This document shows, piece by piece, positions 1 to 13,383 of a stretch of DNA of 64,000 nucleotides. Each line of letters begins with the position of its first letter. Position 1 is the first letter of the stretch. Below the pieces are notes generated by a model. That model worked only from the letters and a program-made list of their open reading frames with translations, ran no database searches and had not been told where the DNA came from. Source of the DNA: Octopus vulgaris (taxonomy: Eukaryota); contig OX597828.1 in assembly GCA_951406725.2 (NCBI GenBank), forward strand, positions 22,568,001 to 22,632,000, in the 5' to 3' direction. Made by a program: the position numbers and the translations under genes.

Positions 1-11
1 CAAATGCTGAT

Positions 12-45
12 TTAATAGCACCACTTCGCCAAGTGGTGCTATTAA
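12..45. repeat. Perfect 15-bp hairpin, possibly the terminal palindrome of a Helentron/DINE-like or other DNA element
   Basis: TTAATAGCACCACTT-cgcc-AAGTGGTGCTATTAA read directly; the family assignment is inference. Confidence 0.6.
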
Positions 46-325
46 GTTCAAACTATTGTGTCAAACGGATACAATCCGAGGACAAAAGAAAGAAAAGGAA
101 GCCGAAACTACACGGTACAGAACTATTACACGGTGGGAAGCAGAGAAAACAGCAGCTATTATATACCAGTCAATTTGACTAATGAATGTGCTCGAAGACA
201 CAGGAAAAACTAAGACTGAAGCTGAATCTTCCATGTAATCCTTAGCGTTTTACTTATAACTTTGAATTTTTGCAGGGCTCAAGCATATTTCCCATTTCAT
301 AATAAACTTTGACTCTTTTACCATT

Positions 326-718
326 GGCGTAGGAGTGGCTCTGTGGTAAGTAGCTTGCTTACTAACCGCATGGTTTCGGGTTCAGTCCCCCTGGCACCTT
401 GGGCAAGTGTCTTCTGCTATAGCCTCGGGCCGACCAAAGCTTTATGAATACATTTGACAGACGAAAACTGAAAGAAGCCCATCGTATATATGTATATATA
501 TTTGTGTGTGTGTATGTGTTTTTGTGCTTGTCCTCCAACATAGCTTGAGAACCGATGGTGGTGTGTTTACGTCTCTGTAACTTAGCGGTTCGGGAAAAGA
601 GACCGATAGAATAAGTACTAGGCTTGCAAAGAATAAGTCCTGGGGTCGATTTACTCGACTAAAGTCGGTGCTCCAGCATGGTCACAGTCAAAGGACTGAA
701 ACAAGTAAAGGAGTAAAA
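326..718 (+). mobile_element. SINE family A (tRNA head, CORE-like segment, internal (TA)n(TG)n, 3' (GAGTAAAA)n tail)
   Basis: A-box-like TGGCTCTGTGG, B-box-like GGTTCAGTCCC, CCTTGGGCAAGT core; co-linear with at least 8 other copies in the window. Confidence 0.9.
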
Positions 719-1112
719 TTGTTACCTATGAACTTTTTACAGAGCTCAAGCATATTTCACAATAAGCTTGGACATTTTTACTTAGAAATTCTTCATACCT
801 ATTTTCCACCGGTTTAGTTATGTATCAGAATAGCTTTCACACTTCTTTAGCTCGGAAGAAGTTTTCTCTGGTCCTCTTATTACAAAATTCTTGCTTCTCA
901 TGAGTAGCATACAGAACGGTAGACATAATACCAGAGAAGAGCTTTCAATTAACAGTGACAATTTATTCTTCAGCTAAATAAGATTATACAGCGAACCAGA
1001 TTAATACATCACGAAGAATTCATTCATAATTGGCTTTTCAACTCAGTCGAACCTGGTTGCAAATAATGCAACATAACTTCTTGAAAACAAACTCCCCCCT
1101 CGCTGCTCGTCT

Positions 1113-1302
<190 letters not shown>

Positions 1303-1759
1303 ATCACTGCCCGTAACGAAAATAAGATAAAAGAGGCTCAAACGATCAATTTTAAATTTGCCGCTTTTGATGGTTTATTGTCCAACGCGATTGGATAAGA
1401 GCTCATTATCCCGCGTAAAAGTAGACCAATCCAAACGCGCGACTTGACAACGAATTTCAGTGTCACATGACAAGTGGCATGACCGATCATTAGAGATTTA
1501 TGCGTGGAGCCATTTTTTTTTTTTGTTATTTTAATCTAAAATATGCTACTCTTCTGTTATTCTGTTCTTTGTTCTCTTCCTTCTTCAGACAATTCTGTTA
1601 AACCATGGAGACTTCGAATGATTGTTCTGAGAATACTACTAAACAATCAAGCCCTGAGACTGCACTAATATAACTAATCGTACCCAACACAACACCTACT
1701 GAATAATCATATTGATGGCCCCATAATTGCTAGACATATCAGCTAAGGTTTCCTCACTT

Positions 1760-2762
1760 TCAACACTATTAAATATGTATTTACGTGTTTTTTATTGCCT
1801 AGAAGGAGCTAAACACAGAGGGGACAAACAAGGACAGACAAAGGGATTAAGTCGATTATATCGATCCCAGCGCTTAACTGTTACTTATTTGATCGACCCC
1901 GAAAGGAATTTGAACTGAGACAGTAACGGCAGACGAAATACCTATTTCTTTACTACCCACAAGGGGCTAAACACAGAGAGGACAAACAAGGACAGACAAA
2001 CGAATTGTCGATTACATCGATCGCAGTGCGTAACTAGTACTTATCTAATCGACCCCGAAGTGATGAAAGGCAAAGTCGACCTCGGCGGAATTTGAACTCA
2101 GAACGTAACGGCAGACGAAATACCCCTAACCATTTCGCTCGGCGTTCTAACGATTCTGCCAGCTCACCGCCCTCTAGTCCCTCGACTCATAGAGCTGGTT
2201 ACCCGTTTTCAGTAGCGTCTATGCCACTGCGATCGCAATATTCCCCTGCACAAGACGTAAGGCCGTTGAAAGTTCAACACTATTAAATAAGAATTTATTT
2301 ATTTTTCATTGTCCACAGGGGGCTAAACATAGAGGAGACAAACAAGGACAGACAAAGGGATTAATTCGATTACATCGATCCCAGTGCGTAACTGTTACTT
2401 ATTTGATCGACCCCGAAAGGAATTTGAACTGAGGCAGTAACGGCAGACGAAATACGTATTTCTTTGCTACCCACAAGGGGCTAAACACAGAGAGGACAAA
2501 CAAGGACAGACAAACGAATTAAGTCGATTACATCGATCGCAGTGCGTAACTAGTACTTATCTAATCGACCTCGGCGGAATTTGAACTCAGAACGTAACAG
2601 CAGACGAAATACCCCTAACCATTTCGCCCGGCGTTCTAACGATTCTGCCAGCTCCCCGCCCTCTAGTCCCTCGACTCATAGAGCTGGTTACCCGTTTTCA
2701 GTAGCGTCTATGCTACTGCGATCGCAATATTCCCCTGCACAAGACGTAAGGCCGTTGAAAGT
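1760..2762. repeat. ~500-bp tandem duplication; each unit contains a minus-strand dimeric SINE B plus flank
   Basis: Units begin CAACACTATTAAATA at ~1761 and ~2275 and both end GGCCGTTGAAAGTT; ORFs 2092 and 2581 are near-identical. Confidence 0.9.
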
Positions 2763-2895
2763 TTACTCACAGACGAACGGACAGGAGCAAGGTGAAGTTA
2801 AGCGTTTTGCTAGAGAACACCACGTGCTACCCTATTACGGAATCGAAACCATGATTCTGTGTTCATGCGTGCAACACCCGAACCACAAACCCACT
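2660..2895 (-). mobile_element. Old tRNA-derived SINE
   Basis: Minus strand shows GTGGTTCGGG and GGTTTCGATTCC (A/B boxes) followed by a GTGTTCTCTAGCAAAACGCTTAAC core-like segment. Confidence 0.55.
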
Positions 2896-3339
2896 TATTA
2901 TAACACACATAGAACAGAAACCATAAAACAAAAACAAAAAAATCATACGCCGTGTATTTTTTGCATATTGGGGAAATAAGGCGTGAAGGTTACGGCTGGA
3001 ATGTATTTGATCATAGGCTTCCTCCATCGGTGTTGAGCCGGGGTTAAACAGCAACAACAACAAAAGCAAAACAAGGTCGTGAAAAATAGCAATAATCCAA
3101 TAATCACAAACATCACATCAAAAGACAGACAGCAAATGAAACCCCAGCTGTAACAACAGAGAAGAACAATAGCCAAAATAAGGGAGAATCTTGTAATTGT
3201 AATTGTATTTATTTATTTATTTATTTATTTGTTGTTCTAGTCCAACCAAGCAATTTGTCTTAGTTTGAAAAAACTCAGCATGCGGCTTCGCTCCGAAGTC
3301 TAGTCTGGTTTCTCTTCTCTCTTCTAATTGGCATTGTGA

Positions 3340-3349
3340 ATGTGTGTTC

Positions 3350-3434
<85 letters not shown>

Positions 3435-3522
3435 CGTGCGTGTGTGTGAATATACTATGTGTCTGTGTCTGGGTATAGATGCACATTATATACGTTAACA
3501 TACATGTGTGTGTGTGTGTACA

Positions 3523-3573
<51 letters not shown>

Positions 3574-3737
3574 ATACATATATGTGTAGGGATATATGCG
3601 GATGTGGGTGTATTTGTACATACAGACCTACGCACTAGACCCAAAATACACATACACACACACAAACACACACACTCACCCATATATGTGTGCGCGTATA
3701 TATATATATATACATACATACATTTATATATATATTT

Positions 3738-3786
<49 letters not shown>

Positions 3787-3880
3787 CGTATATATGTATA
3801 TATATACATACATGTATGTATATATAATATATATATTTAGTTATATGTATACATCTATATATTTATGTACGTGTACACAC
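3340..3880. repeat. Compound (GT)n/(TA)n/(CA)n microsatellite
   Basis: Direct reading. Confidence 0.95.
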
Positions 3881-4360
3881 TAATGCATTGTACTTAATTG
3901 TGGACTCACACATTGCATATATACATATACAGACGGACAAACATCAGCCACCACCCCATTTCCACCCGCATTCATTCTACCAAAGATTTTATATAATTCC
4001 TATCTCGACATAACACAGTACAACTGACTGAGAATGTCTTTAATAACCCAAAACATGACCTTCCATCCAACAACATGTGGTATATTCTATACCAACGGAG
4101 GCTTCTGTCAGTTTCTTATCACTGTCTCTAGTGTTCGTTGAAGTTTTTCATTATTATTGATGATGTTGTTGTTGCTGTTGTTCGTGTTGCTGCTGTTGTT
4201 GTTGCTATGGTTATTTAAGCCTGTGTCAGATATGATGCAACAAATCATTCCATTGTTTTTCGTGGCTGTGCTTCAGGATGACAGCATCTGATGGCTGAAG
4301 CGTATAAAAGTAACGAACGAAAATATTTCCCCGTATTTAATTATACTGTGAACGTATTTA

Positions 4361-4790
4361 AGCCCAGGTGTAGTTGCGTCCTGAGAAATATGTTTCCCAA
4401 AAACATGGTGCCGAGTTCGGTCCCATTGCGTGACGCTTTCGGCAAGTATGTCTTCTACTCCAACCTCGGGCCGACCCGAAGCCTTACAAGTGGATTTCGT
4501 ATATTGCAACTGAAAGAAGCCCATTGTACATGTGTGTGCATGCGTGTACGCACGTAGTGCTCGTGTATGTATACCTTTGTGTCTTAGACCATCGCTTGGC
4601 AACAGGTTTTGGTGTGTTTACCTCCCCCGTAACTTAGCCGTTCGGTGAATGGCGAATGACAGAATAAGCACCAGGCTTACAAATGAAAAGTAATTAATGA
4701 GATCGATTCTTTCGTCTGAAACAGGTCTTCAAAGCAGTGCCCCAGCATGGCCGCAGTCTAAGGACTGAAACAAGCAAGTGATAAAAGATA
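4361..4790 (+). mobile_element. SINE A, diverged copy
   Basis: CCTCGGGCCGACC, AACTGAAAGAAGCCC and CAGCATGGCCGCAGTC motifs in family order. Confidence 0.8.
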
Positions 4791-5179
4791 TGTATCGTTT
4801 CGAATTTTAGCACAAGGTCAGTTATTTTGGAGATCGATGCGGTAAGTTAATTAGACAAATCCCACACATGACTGGTAATTTTGTTTATCAAGTCTGAAAT
4901 GAACGAAGGCAAACTTGTCAGAGAGTAAGAACCCAGAAGAAATGAAACCGAAAATTTTGTGCGATGCATAAACAATTCTGCCAGCTCATATAGCAGTAAT
5001 CCACTACGGTATGAGACAGCGGATATAACCTCATCATCTTCTATATGTATAAAACCTTGCTCTATAGAACAGATATACGGATCTGTTATATATGGTTTAT
5101 GTTAAGAAATTTCACATATACATATAATTAATGAGGTCGATTCTTTCGACTAAAACGAAGTCTTTGAAAGATAACCTCA

Positions 5180-5476
5180 AGTGTAATTGGTAGAACTGTA
5201 TACGTATTCAATTACATGCGGACGTTACGTGTATAGCTCTACAAGTTATATTTGCAATGACAATCATACTGATGCACTACGGACAATTAACTAAGTAATT
5301 TGTGTAAGTGTTAATAGCGAAATCAGTTAATCTATATCTTGCTTCTTTTCATCTGTTATGCTCGCTTACGTTCTGATGTTTGCTAAATTTTCATGAGAAC
5401 ATGGCTTTTTTAGTGGTATGACCATAGGGGATCTACTTCTAGCATAATGGATGTTCACGTAGAGATCATCCCTCTC

Positions 5477-5478
<2 letters not shown>
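5180..5478 (+). mobile_element. Penelope-like terminal-repeat fragment (family P1) with a decayed hammerhead
   Basis: Homologous to 20450-20770 and 24181-24299; CTGATGC (5269) ... GAAA (5319) remnant; abuts (TA)n. Confidence 0.55.
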
Positions 5479-5558
<80 letters not shown>

Positions 5559-7557
5559 TAGCAGGTACCTAATTGCTGGATTTTCTAGTTTCCAGCAGAA
5601 CGCTTCGCTATGTTACTGCCAGCTCTCTGGGGATTAGGGTGCAAACCTCACCGGGATCAAACCTATTTTTTTTACTCTTTCTCAATTACGTACGAATCTG
5701 AAATATAGTGTCGATCAGAGGTAAACGACTATATGGAAGCGTTAGAACGTTAGATAAAATAATTTGTGTAATTTATTACGAGGTTTTAGGCCATTAGTTC
5801 AGTTGATAGACTCCTAGTTAGTTTATTATCACCATTACGTAGTTACGTACATTTTTGTTTTTTTAGCTTGCGCTTGAATTCGGACAGGGTCACTAGACTA
5901 AGACTTACACATTTCGTTGCCTCCATCATTGCCGGAAATCGTAGAAACTGAAAGAATTGTGATTGCTGCGCATCCCATCCAGACTTATGTTTAAAACAAT
6001 TAAGTAAACTTTGTAGAATCTTGAATTAAATTAAATACTTTTTCAATAATTGTTTTGGCTCTTCAGTTTGGGAGAAAATGGCGGCGCCTGTCATACTTTC
6101 GGGATAGATGAAAATAGTCCAGTAAAGCATTTGATTCTATTCTTCTTTTCCGTTCTCTACCTCCTGTACTACTACTAATTTCTGCTTTTCTGCTCACTCT
6201 CATCCATATTGGTGCGCGAATATACCTATAGTTCAAAGACTAAAAATTGTTATACAGCGTAAAGTTAATACAAACTGAGTTATGTTAAGGCAACAGGCAT
6301 CTAGGTTACACTGAAACACTTATATGAGAAAAAATTCAGTCGATCGAACGACTGCATCGATAACGTTAACGGAGGATCTACCAGCGCCAACACGTAAGAA
6401 TAAACTCTACATATTTATCAATGTCATAGTGATAAAAAGAAATAAATTGAAATAACAAACAGTAAAATGAAATGATGTCTTTTATTGAATAAATATATTC
6501 TCTTTCTTTTATTTATTCCTTTTTATAGTTCATTCCTTTTATCTTTGTCTCATTCTTTCTCTCTTTATATTCCTTCTTTTCGCTGTGCTTCAATTTTCTT
6601 CCTTTCCATTTCCTTTCTTTCGTTCTCTCTTTCCTTCAATATTTATTTCTATAGCCTGCTTTCCCTCTGTTTATTGTACCGAATATCAAGATGTAGATCT
6701 TTCTAGTGATGATAATAATAATGATGATACTGATGAAACTACTGCTGGTGATGAAGATGGTTATGATGATGATGATGATGATGATGAGGATGATAACTTT
6801 GCCCTTCTTTTTAATCAACAAAATATTTCCGTTTTTATCCGCTTCTTATTTCTGTTCCTGTCTATCTCTTTCTCTCCCACTCTCCTACCTCTCTCTCTCT
6901 CTCTCTCTTTCACTTTATATATATGCATATACACACATATATACATATATATCTTTAAACATAGACTTATGTACCAATCACATACATTCGTAAGTCTTTG
7001 TAGTGACATTCATCTTTATGATACATATATGTAAAGAGAGAGACAAACAGACATTCAGATAGAAGGCTATAAAGGTAGACAGTTACACAAATGGATAAAT
7101 AGATATAGTTTATATATATATATAACTGAGAATGTGTGTTTGTTTGTCTGCCTGTCTGTCTGTCTGTGTGAATCCCTAAAACTTGAGAACTACACAACCA
7201 ATTTCATTCAAATGTTACACATGCCTTACTTAGGGTCCAGGGAGTGTCATGGCAAAAAATATTTAACTTTTTGCCTAGAGTGAGCCCATAGCAATATCAT
7301 ATATTCTCCACAATGAATCCCTAAAACTTGAGAACTACATAACCAATTTCATTCAAATTTTAAACATGCCTTACTTAGCGTCCATGTAGTGTCATGGGCA
7401 AAAAATTCCTAACTTCTTGCCTAGGGCGAGCCCACAGCAATATCATATTTTTTCCACTATTTCAGTATTACGTGTTAAAAGTGAAACAAAAACATCTCTC
7501 TATTGTAATGTCAGATACCTTCACGGTAATACTGAAATTATTAAAGTCAAACTATTA

Positions 7558-7695
7558 TATAAGAGGGATGAACCATTAACAGTGGACATCCATTTCGCTA
7601 GAAGAAGATCCGCTATGGTCTTATATGCTAGACCACTGGTTTTCAATTCATATTAATCAAATTAATATTCAATTTCTCACCCTTATTATTTTAAA
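7558..7695. mobile_element. Family P1 fragment (internally deleted version of 24037-24403)
   Basis: Starts TAAGAGGGATGAACC and ends TATGCTAGACCACTG...CACCCTTATTATTTTAA, like 24037 and 24331-24403. Confidence 0.7.
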
Positions 7696-7978
7696 TTTGA
7701 ATTTAAACCCAGGACCATGTGATTTGGAACGAAGTTTGTTTACCACACAGCCACACCTGAACCTATGTATTTGTGTGTGTGTGTGTGTGTATGCGTGTAT
7801 AGCTGTATATATATACATTTATTTCTATATATATATAGATATATATGTATACTTGTATATGTGTAGATTCATATATATATATATATAGAAGTACATGTAA
7901 TATCTACACATATATATTCACATATATACATGCATACATATATACAACCATACAAACATACACACACGCACACATACA

Positions 7979-8300
7979 TAGGATCAGGTGTGGCTGTGTG
8001 GTAACAAACTTCGTTCCAAACCACATGGTCTTGGGTTCAGTCCCACTGGGTGGTGACTTGGCATGTGTTTTCTGCTATAGCCTCAGACCAACCAAAGCCT
8101 TGTCAGTGGATTTTGTAGACAGAAACTGAACGAAATAAATCGTATATATATGTATGTATATATTTGACTTTGTTTCTGTGTTTCACCCTCATCAGTGCTT
8201 CACAACTGCCGTTCGTTTATTTACCTCCCCATAACTGACTAGTTTCACAAGAAGAAACTAATAGAATGTGTACCAAGCTTATCATCATAAAAAAAGTACT
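7979..8300 (+). mobile_element. SINE A, diverged; its head is duplicated in inverted orientation at 7706-7765
   Basis: GTGGCTGTGTGGT...GGGTTCAGTCCCACTG...AAAGCCTTGT motifs. Confidence 0.8.
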
Positions 8301-9651
8301 ACGCTGTGTCTCATATTTTTGTTTGCCCACTCAGTTGTATCTATCAATTTATCTTTGTGTGTATATATATATATATATACTCCCAAATTTTAGTCATTCT
8401 TTTTATGATCCAAAACTAAGTCAAAAGTACTGAATGGATCTTTACGAAATTTGGAAATCCTTTTTTATGCATAAGGGCAACAACCTCCATGACAATTCAT
8501 GTATTTTTGCTGTTGATGAAATTTTAACCATAGAGATTAGATACAAATGAAGTAATATTTATAAAATTTCATCTTCTTACAAGTTAGAAAGACCACTTCA
8601 TGGGGACTTAGCACCCAAACTTTTGTCATTTTATCTAAGCAAAGACGAATAGTTGTACTCTTGGAAGCTGTGGGGTCATCCGAGCATAGAAGATGAGCAT
8701 TATTTGTAATTCAACGGTACAACAGTATAAGAGTTTGCTTTGACATACACTTAGATTGTGATTTCTGCAATGTGCTGCATAAATTATCAAGTAAATGAGA
8801 GCCATCTTTGCCTCCACTGATTCAGTTGCAAAATGTTGAGTAAAGTTACTTGATTGCAGATCTCCTTTCAGTCTTTTTATTATCACTGGGTCACACATAG
8901 TCCCCACATGGTAACACAGATTTCAAGGCCTCCCCAGATGAGTCACTGGTTATTCAAAGACATTTTTAGATTGTATATTTATTCTGTCCAGTTACGTATC
9001 AGTATTGTGGTTATTTGCAATGTCCAACTTTCATTTCTCCTTAGCCTTCACGTCACACAGTTGTTAATGTTTAATTCAGTTGGGTCACGCCCTTCCAATT
9101 GCTATAGATACGTAATGCATCTTACGGCTGTGCCTGTCACCTGCATGGTGAGGAATACTACATTGGGAGTGGTAACGACTAGAGTACTGTAGCTGACTAC
9201 TTATTGTGATCATTCGTCTTTTGGATTCCTGTAGCTTTACCCTCTTTTACAATGAACATATATTTCCTATTTCAAAGAAATTCAAACAATAAATATATGA
9301 CCCAAGTTAAAAAGATTCTCAACAATTCAACTTCTCTGGTTGACATTGAGATGCCCCCCGCCCACCAATAAGGGCGTTCACTCTCACATGTTAGAGCTCC
9401 ATGACCTGCATTTTTCAGGAGCAAAATCCTTTTAACAGGTTCTTTAAGACTGGAATTTTGGAATATGAGCATAAAAATCAGTAGTATGGGATACATGTGG
9501 CACGATTGGGTGTTTAAAGAAGGAAATAACGCTCATCTGCAATTTTGATGAAATTCGAAACATAGGTATTCCAGTTCATTAGAGAAAATATAACAGAAAA
9601 GTCTAATTTTTCAATTGTATGTAACTCGGGCAACGCCGGGTAACTCTGCCA

Positions 9652-9694
<43 letters not shown>

Positions 9695-9741
9695 CATATG
9701 TATATATGAACATATATATATATATATATAGATAGATAGAT

Positions 9742-9816
<75 letters not shown>

Positions 9817-9824
9817 TACAGATA

Positions 9825-9982
9825 TACAACAGGCTTCTTTCAGTTTCCATCTACCAAATCCACTTCCAAGGCTTTGGTTGGTCCGGGACTATAGTAGAAG
9901 GCTCTTGGTCAAGGTGCCACGCAGTGAGACTGAACTCGGAACCATATGGTGGGTAAGCAAGCCACTTACCACACAGCCACTC

Positions 9983-9985
<3 letters not shown>
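9825..9985 (-). mobile_element. SINE A, 5' half
   Basis: Reverse complement of the family head (TTACCACACAGCCACTCCTG). Confidence 0.85.
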
Positions 9986-10022
<37 letters not shown>

Positions 10023-10107
10023 CATACATATATATGTGTGTATATATATACATATATATATATGTGTGTGTGTGTTTATTATACAAGTAAATATAAGTGC
10101 TTACTCA

Positions 10108-10144
<37 letters not shown>

Positions 10145-10158
10145 TGTATCTTTGTATC

Positions 10159-10197
<39 letters not shown>

Positions 10198-10459
10198 ATG
10201 TGATTCCCACATATGGTAGACGTTCTGCAACACAGAATTTGACTCTTGAAAATGAAACATTTGACATTGTATGTGTTGAAATAATTCTGGTGTTCGTCGT
10301 CGGATGCTGGCAGTCGACATCGGATGAATGGGAGTGGTGATAACTTAGTGGGTACCCAGCTCTTATAGACAACTCCCTCAACAACCTGCTTGCTGTCAGG
10401 GGAATTAAGGGTACATGTTTGATAAAAGTGCCTTTGTTGTATTTATTGTTCTTGCTGTT

Positions 10460-10814
10460 GATAATGATGATAATGTGACACGATGAAGACAAAGATAAAG
10501 AAAGGCGACGACGACGGCGAGGACAATGACGATGATAGTGATGGTGACGCTGTGAAGGTGTACGTGAAGGAGGAGGCGTTTGGTGACGATGGGGGAAACT
10601 GCTACGATTTTCCAAACAACGATGAGGACGAGGCTAACGACGATGTAGAAGGCTATGAGAGTAAGGATGGCAATGATGACCATGATGAAGATGAGGAGGA
10701 GGGGGAGGAGGGGGTCGAAGGTACAGAAGGAGGTGGAAGACATGGAGTAAAGGATGATGTGGGTGAGGGTAACGTTGATGACAATGAGATGACGATGGGG
10801 TTGATGACGATAAA

Positions 10815-10845
<31 letters not shown>

Positions 10846-11280
10846 GTCATGATGACAACGACGACGATTACGATAATGATAACGATGACCGTAATAATGA
10901 TATTGACGATAATGATAATGATGATGATGATGATGACAATGACAATGACGACGACGATGATGATGATGATGATGACAACGGTTATGATTATGATGAAGAT
11001 GATGATGATGATGATGATGATGATGACAGTGACAACGACGACGGCGACGATGATGATGTTGATGATGATGATGACAACGGTCATGATGATGATAATGATG
11101 ATGCTGTTGATGATGATGATGAAGAACACGATGATGACAACGACGGTGATTACGATGATGACAACGATGACGATTACAATGATATTGATGATGATGACAA
11201 CGACGACGACGACGATGATGATGATGACAACGGTTATGATTATGATGCTGATGATGATGAAGATGTCGACGTTGATGTTA
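10460..11280. repeat. Degenerate (GAT/GAC)n trinucleotide tract
   Basis: Direct reading; the poly-D, poly-M and poly-I ORFs are artefacts. Confidence 0.9.
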
Positions 11281-12683
11281 GCGTTGATTTTGTTGTTTTC
11301 TCCCAACCTCGCCCACTTATTTTATATTCTTTAATACGAGCCATCAATACGTTACTACTTATTATTTCATATTTTCCCTATTTAATATTGTCGTAGTTAT
11401 TCCTATTGTTGTTATCCAATATTTTGTTATTTTACACGTTCATCTTCTTATTCTTATTTTTGTATTAATTCTTATTTTAATATTTTCTTTATTGTTGATA
11501 TTTTTCATTGATTTTTCTCACTTATTTTTCATATTTAATACACTCACTTACAATTTTGGTCTCCTAGCACTCTAATAATTTCTCTTATTCTTGTTATAGT
11601 TGTTACGGTCGCTCTAGTAGTTGTTTGTGTTAATTGCCGATAGTAAAATTCCGTTGTGGGAAATTTTAATTTTTGTTTGTATTTAAAAAATGTTCCCTTG
11701 GTTTTTGTCAACTACTGCCGTCCAGACAATTTCGTTTCAGCTTCAGGCAATTTCATAAGAACTGAACATGTTGCTAAGACAAAATTACAACCATAAACCA
11801 ATTAGGGAATCTCTGAATGGTCGCACGAATTGTTTAGGAATTAGACGTTAGCCTTGGGGGTTTTGCCTGCTCTATATTGTGCAGTGCAACAATCTGTAGT
11901 TGATTACTATATCTGACCCTGGGCTGCGAGATTTTTCGTTGGTATATTTAAAAGATTTCTGTAACAAACTCGCTTTATGAGAAGAGTTTGCTGGATAGTA
12001 GTCGAATTTTCCCTATCCTGCTTTTTGTTCGGGTACTTGAGCATGAGACAGGCTGGCCTGTCTCATCCCTTTTTGAATGAGAATAGCCAGGTTGTTAATT
12101 CTAAGTTGAACAAAGATCGAGATATTGGGACAAGGCTAGACTGATATAGTTAGATAGCTCGAGAGAGAGGGAGAGAAAGAGAGAGAGAGAGGGTGAGGGA
12201 GAGATATGGAGAAACAAAACAGAAGGAGGGGAGAGAAAGCGATAAGAAGCTACTTCATTAGCTGCCTGATACTGTAATTTTGTTGACACCGAAATGGATA
12301 AATTGCCGCACAGGAATTTGAACTTAGAATGCAACGAGCCTAAAAAAATGCCAGTCGTCTCACAATATTTTCAACTGGCTGTCTTTAGTAGGCCGCAACA
12401 ATTGGCAGCCAGGTATATCGCCAATTAAATCACTTCTACTTTTCTTTCTTAAAGTATGAGGACAAATTTGATAATGTACTCCTGGAAGCACACTGTTTGA
12501 ACGAAAAAGAGATTTTATATAATTAGAATCCATTTCAATATTACTTTATTCAACACATTCCAATATCCGACTTGGCAATTCCAATCACATAAGAAACACC
12601 CAGCTCGAGCTAATGAAGAAGCCTCTGTACGGCTGTCAGACTTGCTGGAAATAGAAACCAAGTCTTGCATTAATATCTTTAAA

Positions 12684-13141
12684 AAGGCGGTGAGCTGGCA
12701 GAATCGTTAGCAGGCCGGGCAAAATGCTCAGCGGTATTTCGTCTGCCGCTACGTTCTCAATTCAAATTCCACCGAGGTCCACTTTGCCTTTCATCCTTTC
12801 GGGGTCGATAAATTAAGTACCAGTTACGCAGTGGGGTCGATGTAATCGACTTAATCCGTTTGTCTGTCCTTGTTTGTCCTCTCTGTGTTTAGCCCCTTGT
12901 GGGTAGTAAAGAAATAGGTATTGCATTTGCCGTTACCTTCTGAGTTCAAATTCCGCCGAGGTCCATTTTGCCTTTCGTCCTTTCGAAGTCGATAAATTAG
13001 TACCAGTTACGCACTGGGGTGGATCTAATCGATAATACCTTTGTCTGTTCTTGTTTGTCCCCTTTATGTTTAGTCCCTTGTGGGCAATAAAGAAATAGAC
13101 ATTTCGTCTGTCTTTACGTTCTGATTTCAAATTCCGCCGAG
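12684..13141 (+). mobile_element. SINE family B, multimeric (head + 2 units + start of a third)
   Basis: AAGGCGGTGAGCTGGCAGAA head, GTTCAAATTCC B box, CCTTTCATCCTTTCGGGGTCGATAAATTAAGTACC central domain; units end AAAGAAATA at ~12916 and ~13097. Confidence 0.9.
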
Positions 13142-13383
13142 ACAGACGAAATACCTATTTCTTTATTGCCCACAAGGGGCTAAACATAGAGAGGACAAAC
13201 AAGGACAGACAAAAGGATTAAGTCGATTACATTGACGCCAGTTCGTAACTGGTACATAATTTAATCGACCCCGAAAGGATGAAAGGCAAAGTGGACCTCG
13301 GCAGAATTTGAACTCACAACGTAACGGCAGACGAAATGCCGCTCAGCATTTCGCCCAGCATGCTAACGATTCTGCCAGCTCAC
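13141..13383 (-). mobile_element. SINE B, tail-to-tail with the previous copy
   Basis: Reverse complement of head plus one unit. Confidence 0.9.

Larger units (their letters stand above)
7100..9652 (+). mobile_element. Non-autonomous Helitron with nested insertions
   Basis: 3' hairpin CTCGGGCAACGCCGGG (9625-9640) then CCAG|T at 9649-9653; Helitron-like start TATATATAACTGAGAATGTGTG near 7110; ~145-bp internal tandem duplication 7170-7460. That the two ends belong to one element is inference. Confidence 0.55.

Noticed and set aside
8640-9420. Possible Gypsy pol relic on the minus strand (LTCESERPY..GGIS; KYMFIVKEGKA)
   Set aside because: Only faint resemblance to RNase H motifs; cannot be supported without a profile search.
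10483-11334. 283-aa acidic/poly-Met ORF
   Set aside because: Translation of a degenerate (GAT)n tract; also open on the other strand as poly-Ile; no domain or splice evidence.
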